DNA of 34,437 nt from Flavobacteriaceae bacterium (lineage in GTDB: Bacteria > Bacteroidota > Bacteroidia > Flavobacteriales > Flavobacteriaceae): assembly GCA_008081175.1 (NCBI GenBank), contig VMCW01000193.1, forward strand, positions 1 to 34,437. Direction: 5' to 3'. The notes below the pieces were generated by a model. That model saw nothing but the letters and a program-made list of their open reading frames with translations. It was not told where the DNA came from and did no database searches. The position numbers were made by a program, and so were the translations under genes. This document shows, in pieces, positions 1 to 8,705 of the stretch (its first letter is position 1; each line of letters starts with the position of its first letter).

Positions 1-439
1 TTTTAATGATTTGCTGTTTTTCTCTTAATATTTTAAAATGCGCCTACCCTGATATTTGCGTCAATGTATTATAGTTAGTAAAAGAAGTGTTAAAATGAAG
101 ACCCTAATTAAATTACCGATCAACTATAAAGAGTTTTGGGCTATCACACTTCTTTTTATTTTGCCTTTTTCTAAGATTACTTTACCCCTGTTTTTAAAGT
201 ATTTGAATAAGAAAAACTAATATGTAATTTCCAATTCCATTTCAACCAAAATCCTCAGCCACACTTATACTGGTTTTATTGATTTTAAATTTTTACTGTT
301 TCTAAAGTCGTTAAAAGGGGTTAAATTGAATCCTTTATTAATCAAAAAATAAAGAGTTTACTTAACACTCTTGAATTTGTTGTAATTGTTGTAGGCAAAC
401 AATTTTTAAAAAAAAGAGTTTATATAGAAAACCTATTTT

Positions 440-1096
440 ATGAAAGCAACCTCTTCACGCTACATTACCTTCTTTTTGTTTGCTTTCAGTTGGGGTTTTG
501 GTCAAGGGAGTGGGCTTTTGATTCAGCAGTATAACAGAGGCCCTGCGCTAGACAGTAAGTTTTCCAGATGGACACTACAGCCTAGGATAGAGCTGAATCG
601 ATTCAACACAGACCTGAATTCTACAACTCCAGAATTTACAGTGGGGGGCCGCTTGAGTTTGGAATATCGTCTGTCTAGTACCGTTGGCTTAGAAAGCGGA
701 GTAGGTTTTACACCCGTTGCTTACAGCTATGCTGTTGGGGATTCTTTAGGTATCGATCATTTAAAATACCTCACTTTTCCTTTGGGATTAAAGTTACACC
801 CCACTTCCAGAATCAGTATAGGGTTGGGTGGAAGTTATAACCTCTACCAACAAGGGGCGTTTTGGGTAAAAAAAGAACCCTTTAAGCGCAAGGAGACATA
901 CCCCTTAGAGGTCTTCTCCAACACCTTTGGTGGTTTTCTTCAATTAGAATATCACTTTTTCTGGGGTGGAACCTTCTCCCTTCATTATATCTGGGCAACA
1001 AGAAAAAGTCCCCTTACTCAACCACAAACGAATACTACTTCTGGATTCCGTTTGGGCATAGCATACACCATTTGGCGCTCGGGAAGCAAACGTTGA
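440..1096 (+). CDS. Outer-membrane beta-barrel protein (porin/OmpW-like family), function unknown
   Basis: ATG start. N-terminal signal peptide (FFLFAFSWGFGQ). Alternating hydrophobic/polar strands rich in G/Y/S. Aromatic C-terminal strand (GIAYTIW). Confidence 0.6.
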   Translation: MKATSSRYITFFLFAFSWGFGQGSGLLIQQYNRGPALDSKFSRWTLQPRIELNRFNTDLNSTTPEFTVGGRLSLEYRLSSTVGLESGVGFTPVAYSYAVGDSLGIDHLKYLTFPLGLKLHPTSRISIGLGGSYNLYQQGAFWVKKEPFKRKETYPLEVFSNTFGGFLQLEYHFFWGGTFSLHYIWATRKSPLTQPQTNTTSGFRLGIAYTIWRSGSKR

Positions 1097-1097
1097 T

Positions 1098-1580
1098 TTA
1101 GTTCTTTTTTAAAGTAATTTCAATAACTCCGTTTTTTCCTTCCTCACCATAATTTTCTAGTGCAGATTCCCCTTTTAATACATTAATAGACTCTATAGAA
1201 TCGGGATGTAATGAATTCATTAGATTCTTTTCTTTTCTAATTTGTCCATCAATGACTACTAGTGGGGCGATACTGTCTGTTACGATAAAAATGCTTTTTT
1301 TTGGATTCTTTTGAACCCAAATGTTTTTTGAGTCTAAGGAGTCTGATGCTACCATTTCCGATTGAAAAAAAACGGCTTTAGGCGCTTTCTCTTCAGAAAA
1401 GAATAAAATCTCATGTGGTAACTGCCCTCCGAGATCGACCATCTCACCAGAACCTATCATAGATCGATGCACTGTCAATGGTTTATTTTCTAAAGAGGGT
1501 TTTGGGCTTTGGTATACTTTGACAACTAAACATGAAGTAAATAAAAGCGCTAGTAGTGGGGCATAGAATATCGTTCGCAT
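1098..1580 (-). CDS. Small lipoprotein with a C-terminal TonB-dependent-receptor plug-like motif, function unknown
   Basis: Lipobox LLFTSC. The C-terminal stretch PLVVIDGQ...DSIESINVLKGESALENYGEEGKNGVIEITLKK resembles the conserved N-terminal plug signature of SusC/TonB-dependent receptors. The ORF ends right after it. Confidence 0.5.
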   Translation of the reverse strand: MRTIFYAPLLALLFTSCLVVKVYQSPKPSLENKPLTVHRSMIGSGEMVDLGGQLPHEILFFSEEKAPKAVFFQSEMVASDSLDSKNIWVQKNPKKSIFIVTDSIAPLVVIDGQIRKEKNLMNSLHPDSIESINVLKGESALENYGEEGKNGVIEITLKKN

Positions 1581-1594
1581 AATAAAATTTTTTG

Positions 1595-2503
1595 CTAAAA
1601 TAAATAACTTAAAGTGATGTTCAAAAAAGGGTGGCGCCTGTACTTTTGGGTAGTCATATAAGGGCTACTATTATTTAATAGCACCTGAATTTTCCAGGGC
1701 TGGTAAAATCCAATAAATCCAACCTGATAATGGCTGCGTAAAGAAGCAGCTTCTAGTGTAAAAGGGCTGTTTTGCCGAATCAAACTTCCAGAGAGAGAAT
1801 AATCGTGTAAACTGTATTCCAGCATGGATCCCAAGAAAAAGGAAAGACCGTTTTGAATTGCTTCAAGGCGATTGCCAAAAAAGGGCAATCCAGGCAACGA
1901 TCCCAGCTGCAATCCTACACGCGATTGGGCGGTTGTTCGGAAGCTCCCTGTCTGAAGTTGATGTCTCCCCACCCATTTGACCTTAGAGCTCAGTGCCTTC
2001 CCCCAAAAAAGTAATGCTTTAGCATTTAAATGAAACGCTTGAGGTAGTGCTGTTGCCCAACTCAAAGGTTCAAGATTAAGGATGTAGATGTGGTAAGTGT
2101 TCTGAAAAAATTTAGCCAGTGAGGCATTTGCTCCCGTAGTTCCCACTTGCATTCCCCATCCATAACCAAAATCAGGTGTTTTGAAACGGTTTTCTTCAAA
2201 GCCTAAAAACAACCACCCATTATAAGGATAATCCATGCGGCTTTTGTCTTCAATTAGCCTTAATGCGGGAGTATTGATTTCTTGCCCCAAAGTCCAGTGT
2301 CTAGAAACCCAATTATACCGATACAAAGAATCATTTAAAAGTTCACGCTGCTTGCCGTATTCCAAAAAAATACCACTACTGTAATACCGGTCTATGCCAA
2401 AATAAAGATCATTGTCAACATTGAGCCCTATATATTGCTGTGCTGTTGCTTTTGAGAGGACCCCGATCAACAGCAAAACAAAAAAACACAAACGGTTTAA
2501 CAA
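1595..2503 (-). CDS. Outer-membrane protein, possible lipid A deacylase LpxR / DUF2219 family
   Basis: Signal peptide ending ATAQQ. NVDNDLYFGIDRYYSSGIFLEYG resembles the DND...D-YT-G opening motif I associate with DUF2219/LpxR. Beta-rich with an aromatic C-terminus (LSYLF). The annotated start is TTG, so the exact start is uncertain. Confidence 0.45.
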   Translation of the reverse strand: MLNRLCFFVLLLIGVLSKATAQQYIGLNVDNDLYFGIDRYYSSGIFLEYGKQRELLNDSLYRYNWVSRHWTLGQEINTPALRLIEDKSRMDYPYNGWLFLGFEENRFKTPDFGYGWGMQVGTTGANASLAKFFQNTYHIYILNLEPLSWATALPQAFHLNAKALLFWGKALSSKVKWVGRHQLQTGSFRTTAQSRVGLQLGSLPGLPFFGNRLEAIQNGLSFFLGSMLEYSLHDYSLSGSLIRQNSPFTLEAASLRSHYQVGFIGFYQPWKIQVLLNNSSPYMTTQKYRRHPFLNITLSYLF

Positions 2504-2506
2504 CTT

Positions 2507-3301
2507 TTAATCTATGTTTTTAAGCACCAAAAGAGGGATGGTACAATAGAAGTCTTTTTTATAGATCCTGTCGGGTTCCCATAGTTTTTCAAAAAAACCA
2601 CGTTCTCTCTTAAATGCAACTAACAGATCGGGTTTATTGGCTTGAAAGTGTTCCAATACACCCTGGTAAACAGTAGCGTTTTCAGAAAAAGTAAGCCCTT
2701 CAGATCGTTGTACCAGTGCATCATCCAAATGGTGATTGCGGTTTGCAAAGCCAGGGACTTTTACCAACAACAGCTTCAATTTGGTCTTGAATTTTTTTTG
2801 AAAAGCAATCATGGGCTTTAACGTTGCCGTGTCTTTTACCTCTCCTGTTTTAAAGGCAAGTAACATTTTTTTTGGAGGGGTAAAGGCCTTTCCTAATGGT
2901 GCTACAAGAACCGGGATCGTTGTTCTTTTAATCAAACTTCCCGCAATTCTACCCAGAAAAACTTCATCGTTAATCTCATTATTTAAAGGGGCTGTAACAA
3001 TTAAATCAATCCCTATGGTTTGCTTTAATTTCTTTACCGTTTCAATGAGGTCTCCTTCACTTTCTATAATTTTTACCTCCACATCCTCAACTGCTATTTT
3101 GTCCAATATCGTTCGTATGCGTTGTATGTTTTCCTTCGCTAGGCGAGCGTTAAGGTTGGTCATTGTGGTAAGTGTCGCCTGAGGGGGATATGCATCAATA
3201 ACATAAACGGTAGATTGCATTACTTTGGCCAAATCCAAAGCATAGGTAAGGGTGGATTCTGCGAAATCTGATATTCCAAAAGGGACAAGAATGTGTTTCA
3301 T
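2507..3301 (-). CDS. Universal stress protein family (tandem Usp domains)
   Basis: 264 aa. N-terminus MKHILVPFGISDFAESTLTYALDLAK is typical of UspA-fold proteins, and a second repeat follows (KKMLLAFK...). Only 3 nt separate it from the next gene downstream. Confidence 0.7.
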   Translation of the reverse strand: MKHILVPFGISDFAESTLTYALDLAKVMQSTVYVIDAYPPQATLTTMTNLNARLAKENIQRIRTILDKIAVEDVEVKIIESEGDLIETVKKLKQTIGIDLIVTAPLNNEINDEVFLGRIAGSLIKRTTIPVLVAPLGKAFTPPKKMLLAFKTGEVKDTATLKPMIAFQKKFKTKLKLLLVKVPGFANRNHHLDDALVQRSEGLTFSENATVYQGVLEHFQANKPDLLVAFKRERGFFEKLWEPDRIYKKDFYCTIPLLVLKNID

Positions 3302-3313
3302 TGTTTTTTTTTA

Positions 3314-3321
3314 CAAAAATA
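3314..3321 (-). promoter_or_regulatory. Bacteroidota sigma-A -7 box (TATTTTTG) upstream of usp
   Basis: Exact TAnnTTTG match on the minus strand, 12 nt upstream of the ATG at 3301. Confidence 0.4.
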
Positions 3322-3472
3322 CCAAGAGTTAAAGTAAGTTATTCTCTTTTTAAGGAATTTTATTGCCGCAGTTGTTTTTAAATAAAAAAAGAAATCGTGG
3401 TATTGTGCTAATTTTATTAAGAGGTCTTCAAAAAGTTTTAGAAGCGTGTGGAGTTTATGTATTTTTACAACG

Positions 3473-4219
3473 ATGGAACCCTACGTAAAACATTTTATTG
3501 ATGCTTCTTGTGGTACTTTGGAATTTGGTAACCCTGCGGGCAATTCACTACCTACACAATTGCTAAACGACTTACTCTTTCAATTCCAACAATTGAAAAA
3601 ACATCCTGAAGTAAAAACGATAGTACTTCAAAGTGCTGGAAACCGTGCCTTTTGCGGAGGAGCCTCATTTTCCGAAATGAAAAGCTTAAAAACCGCAGAG
3701 GAAGCTACAGCGTTTTTCATGGGTTTTGCTCGTATCATAAACGCCATCAGAACTTCTGATAAATTTGTTGTTGTTCGTGTACAAGGCAAAGTTGTTGGTG
3801 GAGGAGTAGGTCTTGTGGCTGCCTGTGATTATGCTATTGCACAAGAGAGTGCCCAAGTAAAACTTTCTGAATTATCTATTGGTTTAGGACCTTATGTAAT
3901 TGAACCGGCTGTTTCCAGAAAAATAGGGACCGCCGCTTTTGCACATCTCTCCCTTGAAGCTGAAAGTTGGAAATCCGCTTTGTGGGCAGAGGAAAAAGGC
4001 ATGTATAACAAAGTGGTTGCTACTGAAGAAGAGCTCAATAGGCAAGTTAAAGAAACCGCACAACGCCTATCAAGTTATGCTCCTGAAGCGATTAAAAACC
4101 TGAGAGCATTACATTGGAAAAATACCGATCACTGGGAAACATTACTCCCAAACAATGCAAAAATCACTGCTAATCTTCTCTTAAATGAAGCTACACAAAT
4201 ATTTCTTAATTCATTGTAA
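3473..4219 (+). CDS. Enoyl-CoA hydratase/isomerase (crotonase) family protein
   Basis: Crotonase-like segments NRAFCGGASFSEM and GKVVGGGVGLVAACDYAIA. I prefer the ATG at 3473 (MEPYVKH) to the GTG at 3446 used in the ORF track. Confidence 0.8.
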   Translation: MEPYVKHFIDASCGTLEFGNPAGNSLPTQLLNDLLFQFQQLKKHPEVKTIVLQSAGNRAFCGGASFSEMKSLKTAEEATAFFMGFARIINAIRTSDKFVVVRVQGKVVGGGVGLVAACDYAIAQESAQVKLSELSIGLGPYVIEPAVSRKIGTAAFAHLSLEAESWKSALWAEEKGMYNKVVATEEELNRQVKETAQRLSSYAPEAIKNLRALHWKNTDHWETLLPNNAKITANLLLNEATQIFLNSL

Positions 4220-4224
4220 ATCAA

Positions 4225-4683
4225 ATGAGTGAACTAATCCGAATAACAAAAGAGTTTAAGTTTGAAACAGGACATGCGCTTTATGGCTACGACGGCTTGT
4301 GTAGAAATGTTCACGGACACAGTTACAAACTTTCTGTTACTGTTATTGGAACTCCCATTAAAGACTCAGGAAATGTAAAATTTGGAATGGTAATGGACTT
4401 TAGTGACCTGAAAGAAATCGTTAACGAAACCATTGTAAAACCTTTTGACCACGCTACTGTTCTCAATGTAAACTCTCCACATAAAGAATTGGCAGACGTT
4501 ATGGAACAAAGGGGTCATAAGATTCAGCGGGTGGGCTATCAGCCTACAAGTGAAAGGATGATTATCGACTTTGCCGAGAAAATAAAAACCCAGCTTCCCA
4601 ATCATCTGAGCCTTCATCACCTAAAATTAAGAGAGACAGAATCGTCTTATGCTGAGTGGTTTGCTTCAGATCAACAAGATTAA
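4225..4683 (+). CDS. queD: 6-carboxy-5,6,7,8-tetrahydropterin synthase (queuosine biosynthesis)
   Basis: F-ETGHALYGYDGLCRNVHGHSYKLSV carries the Cys plus HGH zinc/catalytic signature of the PTPS/QueD family. Length is about 150 aa. Confidence 0.85.
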   Translation: MSELIRITKEFKFETGHALYGYDGLCRNVHGHSYKLSVTVIGTPIKDSGNVKFGMVMDFSDLKEIVNETIVKPFDHATVLNVNSPHKELADVMEQRGHKIQRVGYQPTSERMIIDFAEKIKTQLPNHLSLHHLKLRETESSYAEWFASDQQD

Positions 4684-7004
4684 AATCCGAGTGCATCTAG
4701 GTCGGCTTTTGGCTTTGCTTTCTCTTTAGCATTTGCATCCGACACTTCTTCACAATCTACTGGAATACTCAGGTTTTCTGGAGCGAGGAAGTCTTCCGTT
4801 GAAATGCCAAATTCTGGATTTTCATATAAGGATCGCATGTAGTTTCCCCAAATAGGCAATGCCATTGTGGCTCCTTGACCGTAAGCAATTTCTTTAAAGT
4901 GTACCGAACGGTCTTCTCCGCCTACCCAAACTCCTGTTGCCAGATTGGGAACCATCCCCATAAACCATCCATCGCTTTGATTTTGAGTTGTTCCTGTTTT
5001 ACCGGCAATCGGGTTTTCAAAAATATAAGGATAACCGGTAACCACATTTTTATATATGGCATTTGTTTTTTCAAGACCAGCATGACGTAATCGTGCTCCA
5101 GAACCTGCAACAGTAACTCCCTGCATTAAATTAACCGTAACATAAGCCGCTTCTTGACTCAATACATCTTTTGTCTCGGGCAACACCTCGTAAAGTGCGC
5201 GTCCGTTTTTGTCCTCTATGCGAGTAATCATTATCGGCTTGACATAAATGCCTTGATTGGCAAAAGTACTGTATGCCCCCACCATTTCGAAAAGACTGAT
5301 GTCTGGAGTTCCCAAAGCGATAGAAGGGACTGCAGGCAAATAAGAAGTAATCCCCATTTTTCGAGCCAAATTAATAACTGGCTGTGGTCCTACTAAATCC
5401 ATTATTCGAGCACTAACTGTATTTACAGAATTTGCCAGTGCGTTTTTTAACGTTCGTGTTTGCCCGTATTTGTCTCCAGAGTTTTTTGGACACCAAGCGT
5501 CTATATTGCCATGCTTCATCGGCTCAATGCAATACAGTGCATCGGGCAGGGAGTCACAAGGAGACAGCTTGAGCTGATCTATAGCAGTTGCGTATAAAAA
5601 AGGCTTGAACGTAGAGCCAATTTGTCTTCTCCCTTGTTTGACTTGATCGTACTGAAAATGCTTGTAGTTGAATCCTCCTACCCAAGCTTTTACATGACCC
5701 GTTTGTGGCTCCATAGACATCAGTGAAGCACGAAGAAAATACTTGTAGTATCGTATAGAATCCATGGGTGTCATTACTGTATCGATTTCTCCTTTCCAAC
5801 TAAAAACACGCATTGGAACTTTCTTTTTAAATGATGCCAAAATAGCTTCTTCCTCAATACCTGCCAGTTTCATTTTTCGCCACCGTTCACTTCGGTATGC
5901 TGTTCGTTCTAAAAGGGTGTCAATCTCTCCTTCTCTCAAGTCTAGAAAAGGAGCGGTCGGATTTTGTCTTTTGGTATTTTGTCTGAAAAATTCTTTTTGA
6001 AGGTTTTTCATATGATCACTAACCGCATCTTCTGCTAATTGTTGCATCCGAGAATCTAGAGTCGTGTATATACGCAGTCCGTCTCGGTATAAATTGTGAT
6101 TGCTCCCGTCGGGTTTTGGATTTTTTTCAATCCAATCATCCATAAACTCTTTTAAATAAGCTCTAAAATAAGTCGCAAGGCCTTCTCTATGTGATTCTGG
6201 TGTAAATCTAATTTCTAGAGGAAGTTGTGTTAACGAATCCCGCTCTTCTTCAGTGATCAGATTGTTGCGAACCATTTGTTGAAAAACGATGTTTCTTCGT
6301 TCTTTGACTCGTTCGGGTCTTCGAATAGGGTTATACAGTGAAGAGTTTTTTAACATTCCTACCAAAGTGGCTGACTCTTCAATAGTAAGCTCTTGTGGGG
6401 CTTTGTTAAAAAATATTTTTGCTGCAGATCTAATCCCATCGGCTTGATAGCCAAAATCGTACTTGTTAAGGTACATGGATACGATTTCCTTTTTGGTGTA
6501 GCGTTGTTCTAACTGCACTGCAATCACCCATTCTTGTGCCTTTTGAAGTATTGTTTTTACAATATTTCTAGAACGCACTCCAACAAAAATTTGACGGGCA
6601 AGCTGTTGCGTTATGGTACTTGCCCCTCCGCGTTTTCCTAAAAAAACGAAAGCGCGTAAAGTTCCCCGCCAATCGATACCAGAATGTTCGTAAAAACGTT
6701 CATCTTCTGTAGCGATAAGAGCCTCCACCATGGTGGTTGGAATTTCTTCAAAAGCAATAGGTGTTCTGTTATCGTCAAAATAATACTTTCCTAGAATAAT
6801 TCCATCCGAAGAAAGTATCTGTGTGGCTAGATTTGTTTTTGGGTTTTCCAATTGTTGTAAGTCCGGCATGGGGCCATAAATTCCCAAAGCTGCCCCACCA
6901 AACAAGAGAACCACCCCTACAAGCCCAGATAAAAACAACCCCCAAATCAACCTTACGTTTCTTTGACTGTTGCCTCTGTCTTTGCTGTTTTTTTTCTTCG
7001 CCAT
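4680..7004 (-). CDS. mrcA: Class A penicillin-binding protein 1A (bifunctional transglycosylase/transpeptidase)
   Basis: N-terminal TM anchor. GT51 motifs EDERFYEHSGID and GASTITQQLAR. Transpeptidase motifs STFKP, SVN and KTGT. Confidence 0.95.
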   Translation of the reverse strand: MAKKKNSKDRGNSQRNVRLIWGLFLSGLVGVVLLFGGAALGIYGPMPDLQQLENPKTNLATQILSSDGIILGKYYFDDNRTPIAFEEIPTTMVEALIATEDERFYEHSGIDWRGTLRAFVFLGKRGGASTITQQLARQIFVGVRSRNIVKTILQKAQEWVIAVQLEQRYTKKEIVSMYLNKYDFGYQADGIRSAAKIFFNKAPQELTIEESATLVGMLKNSSLYNPIRRPERVKERRNIVFQQMVRNNLITEEERDSLTQLPLEIRFTPESHREGLATYFRAYLKEFMDDWIEKNPKPDGSNHNLYRDGLRIYTTLDSRMQQLAEDAVSDHMKNLQKEFFRQNTKRQNPTAPFLDLREGEIDTLLERTAYRSERWRKMKLAGIEEEAILASFKKKVPMRVFSWKGEIDTVMTPMDSIRYYKYFLRASLMSMEPQTGHVKAWVGGFNYKHFQYDQVKQGRRQIGSTFKPFLYATAIDQLKLSPCDSLPDALYCIEPMKHGNIDAWCPKNSGDKYGQTRTLKNALANSVNTVSARIMDLVGPQPVINLARKMGITSYLPAVPSIALGTPDISLFEMVGAYSTFANQGIYVKPIMITRIEDKNGRALYEVLPETKDVLSQEAAYVTVNLMQGVTVAGSGARLRHAGLEKTNAIYKNVVTGYPYIFENPIAGKTGTTQNQSDGWFMGMVPNLATGVWVGGEDRSVHFKEIAYGQGATMALPIWGNYMRSLYENPEFGISTEDFLAPENLSIPVDCEEVSDANAKEKAKPKADLDALGF

Positions 7005-7005
7005 T

Positions 7006-7551
7006 TTACTGATCTTCTATACTAATTCCCACAGAAAGAACCCCCTTTAGTGTTGAAACGCCTTCGGCAGATCCATTATTGCGTACCGCCTGTGCTACCT
7101 TAATTTTTAATGGTCGTTTTTCTGGAAAAACAACCCCCTCTTTCCACCACAATTTGCTTTCCTTTACTTCTGTAAACCCTTTGCCCAACCAAGTGCCGTC
7201 TGGAGCAGCCATAGCATACTCCAAAGTATCTTGAATTACCAATTCATCGCCTGCTGTAAGGCTCACGAGCAAAAAAATATTAGAGAACGGATAGCTGTTG
7301 TTGTTTTGAAGTCGTAAAAATACATTTTTTGATCCGGATTGTACTGCTGCTTCTGGCAATTCAAACACTACTGCAGAGGTTCCTAAACCCTCATTTGCTA
7401 AACTTTTATACTCTGTGTAGCCTTTCTCTGAATGACAACTCCACACAAGGAAAAGCAACAGCGTGTTATAAAGAAGGAGCTTTTTATTTCTTGTTATTCT
7501 TTTCAAGTCGTCTTCTTTTTGTTTTTCTATTCGGCTTTTTTTTAGTGTCAA
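7006..7551 (-). CDS. gldH: Gliding motility lipoprotein GldH
   Basis: Lipobox LFLVWSC. Strong resemblance to remembered GldH blocks (NNNSYPFSNIFLLV, TLEYAMAAPDG, GKGFTEVKESKLWWKE, KVAQAVRNNG). The track start at 7551 is TTG. An in-frame TTG at 7506 would give the more typical signal peptide MKRITRNKKLLL...WSC. Confidence 0.85.
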   Translation of the reverse strand: MTLKKSRIEKQKEDDLKRITRNKKLLLYNTLLLFLVWSCHSEKGYTEYKSLANEGLGTSAVVFELPEAAVQSGSKNVFLRLQNNNSYPFSNIFLLVSLTAGDELVIQDTLEYAMAAPDGTWLGKGFTEVKESKLWWKEGVVFPEKRPLKIKVAQAVRNNGSAEGVSTLKGVLSVGISIEDQ

Positions 7552-8635
7552 ATCGGGTAATATCCTCTAGTCCAACAGCTGTTTCAAAAAGCGCTTCCTC
7601 AGTTGCACTTAAAGGGGTTTCAGCATAAGCCTCTAAACTTCGTGCTTTTTTATTTTCTCTATTAAGCGCTATAATCTCGTTTGCGGATGTTATTGACAGT
7701 TTATGCCAATTGACCCATTCGTCTTTATAGGCATACCACAAGAATCCTTTAAAAATATCCATTTTTTGAAAGACACCCGTCCCTTTTTCCGTGTAAAGTT
7801 TTGTCTCTGTTTTTGGAAAGGCTTTTACTGCAGTTCGATAAGTTTCCAACTCGTAATTCAAACAGCATTTAAGTCGCCCACATTGTCCAGCAAGCTTTTG
7901 GGGGTTTAATGAGAGTCTCTGATATCGAGCTGCAGCTGTGGAAACCGATCTAAAATCGGTTAACCAAGTAGAACAACACAGCTCCCTTCCGCAAGAACCT
8001 ATGCCTCCCAGTCGAGAAGCTTCCTGTCTCAACCCTATTTGACGCATTTCAATACGAATAGAAAACTCTCTAGCCATGTCTTTAATCAGTTGTCTAAAAT
8101 CTACCCGGTGATCTGCGGTATAGTAAAAAGTAGCCTTCTTGCCATCTGCTTGAAATTCAACATCGGAAAGTTTCATGTTGAGTTTTAATGCAATAGCAAG
8201 CTCTCTAGCCCGCTTTTGGACTTGCTCTTCTTTAGCTCTATTTGCCTGCCATAGATCGATTTCTGTTTGATCTGCTAACCGTAAAATAGTCCCTATTCTT
8301 TCACTAGTGGGTTTTACTTTTTTACGCTTCATCTGCACTGCAACCAAAGGCCCAGACAGGGAGACTATCCCTAAATCATATCCTTTTTCTAAGGCCGTGA
8401 TGACCAAATTTCCGGCTCTGAGTATAAGGTTAGTAGGATATCGATAATATTCCTTTCTGCTGTTTTTAAATCGCACCTCAACAAAAGGGACTGTTTTTGT
8501 TCCCTCTGGTGTTTGCATGTTTTCAAGCCAATCAAAAACAGTCAGCTTGTTGCAGCTGCCACTCCCACAACTGCCGTTGTTCCCACATCCTCGTGGAGTT
8601 CCTGTTTTGAAAGTAGAACAGCTGGAACAACTCAT
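7484..8635 (-). CDS. PSP1 domain protein (RicT/YaaT-like, stage 0 sporulation protein family)
   Basis: Conserved PSP1 core with Cys clusters GSCGRELCCSTWL and GQCGRLKCCLNYE. Cys-rich N-terminus MSCSSCS...GCGNNGSCGSGSC. Lys/Arg-rich tail. Confidence 0.85.
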   Translation of the reverse strand: MSCSSCSTFKTGTPRGCGNNGSCGSGSCNKLTVFDWLENMQTPEGTKTVPFVEVRFKNSRKEYYRYPTNLILRAGNLVITALEKGYDLGIVSLSGPLVAVQMKRKKVKPTSERIGTILRLADQTEIDLWQANRAKEEQVQKRARELAIALKLNMKLSDVEFQADGKKATFYYTADHRVDFRQLIKDMAREFSIRIEMRQIGLRQEASRLGGIGSCGRELCCSTWLTDFRSVSTAAARYQRLSLNPQKLAGQCGRLKCCLNYELETYRTAVKAFPKTETKLYTEKGTGVFQKMDIFKGFLWYAYKDEWVNWHKLSITSANEIIALNRENKKARSLEAYAETPLSATEEALFETAVGLEDITRFDTKKKPNRKTKRRRLEKNNKK

Positions 8636-8705
8636 GTAAATTAGACCTATTTAGACAATAAATATACAGGGATTTCTATGAAACCAATGACAACAAACTC
8701 TTAAT

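Noticed and set aside
95-220. 41-codon ORF (MKTLIKLPINYKEFWAITLLFILPF...) in the 439-nt leading non-coding region. A second, 43-codon ORF lies at 21744-21875, upstream of the glycerate kinase gene.
   Set aside because: Both are short, sit in AT-rich sequence, and have no promoter box, motif or conservation evidence available. They cannot be separated from chance ORFs.
1295-1302. Homopolymer tracts considered as phase-variation switches: T8 at 1295-1302, T8 near 6988-6995 in PBP1a, and T9 at 3304-3312.
   Set aside because: Tracts of this length are expected in an AT-rich genome that encodes Lys and Phe runs. One lies in an essential gene (PBP1a). There is no population data to suggest length variation.
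1098-1580. The plug-motif lipoprotein considered as a pseudogene fragment of a TonB-dependent receptor.
   Set aside because: It has its own lipobox and an intact ORF. The DNA downstream is occupied by an intact convergent OMP gene, not by receptor barrel remnants. It is kept as a finding instead.
2811-3182. 123-aa plus-strand ORF antisense to the usp gene. Similar long antisense ORFs occur at 4366-4620, 4875-5090, 5154-5396, 5764-6000, 7329-7628, 10076-10315, 17237-17482, 23445-23831, 24124-24447, 24780-25046, 25150-25362, 26091-26354, 26275-26571 and 27191-27565.
   Set aside because: Each lies entirely inside a well-supported conserved gene on the opposite strand. Their translations are low-complexity or have odd composition (Ser/Cys/Phe-rich) with no recognisable motifs, and none has its own promoter box. 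They are shadow ORFs.
3446-3472. GTG start for the enoyl-CoA hydratase gene, as given in the ORF track.
   Set aside because: The extra 9 residues (MWSLCIFTT) are not crotonase-like. The ATG at 3473 is preceded by an A/T-rich stretch and a near-consensus TATTTTTA box.
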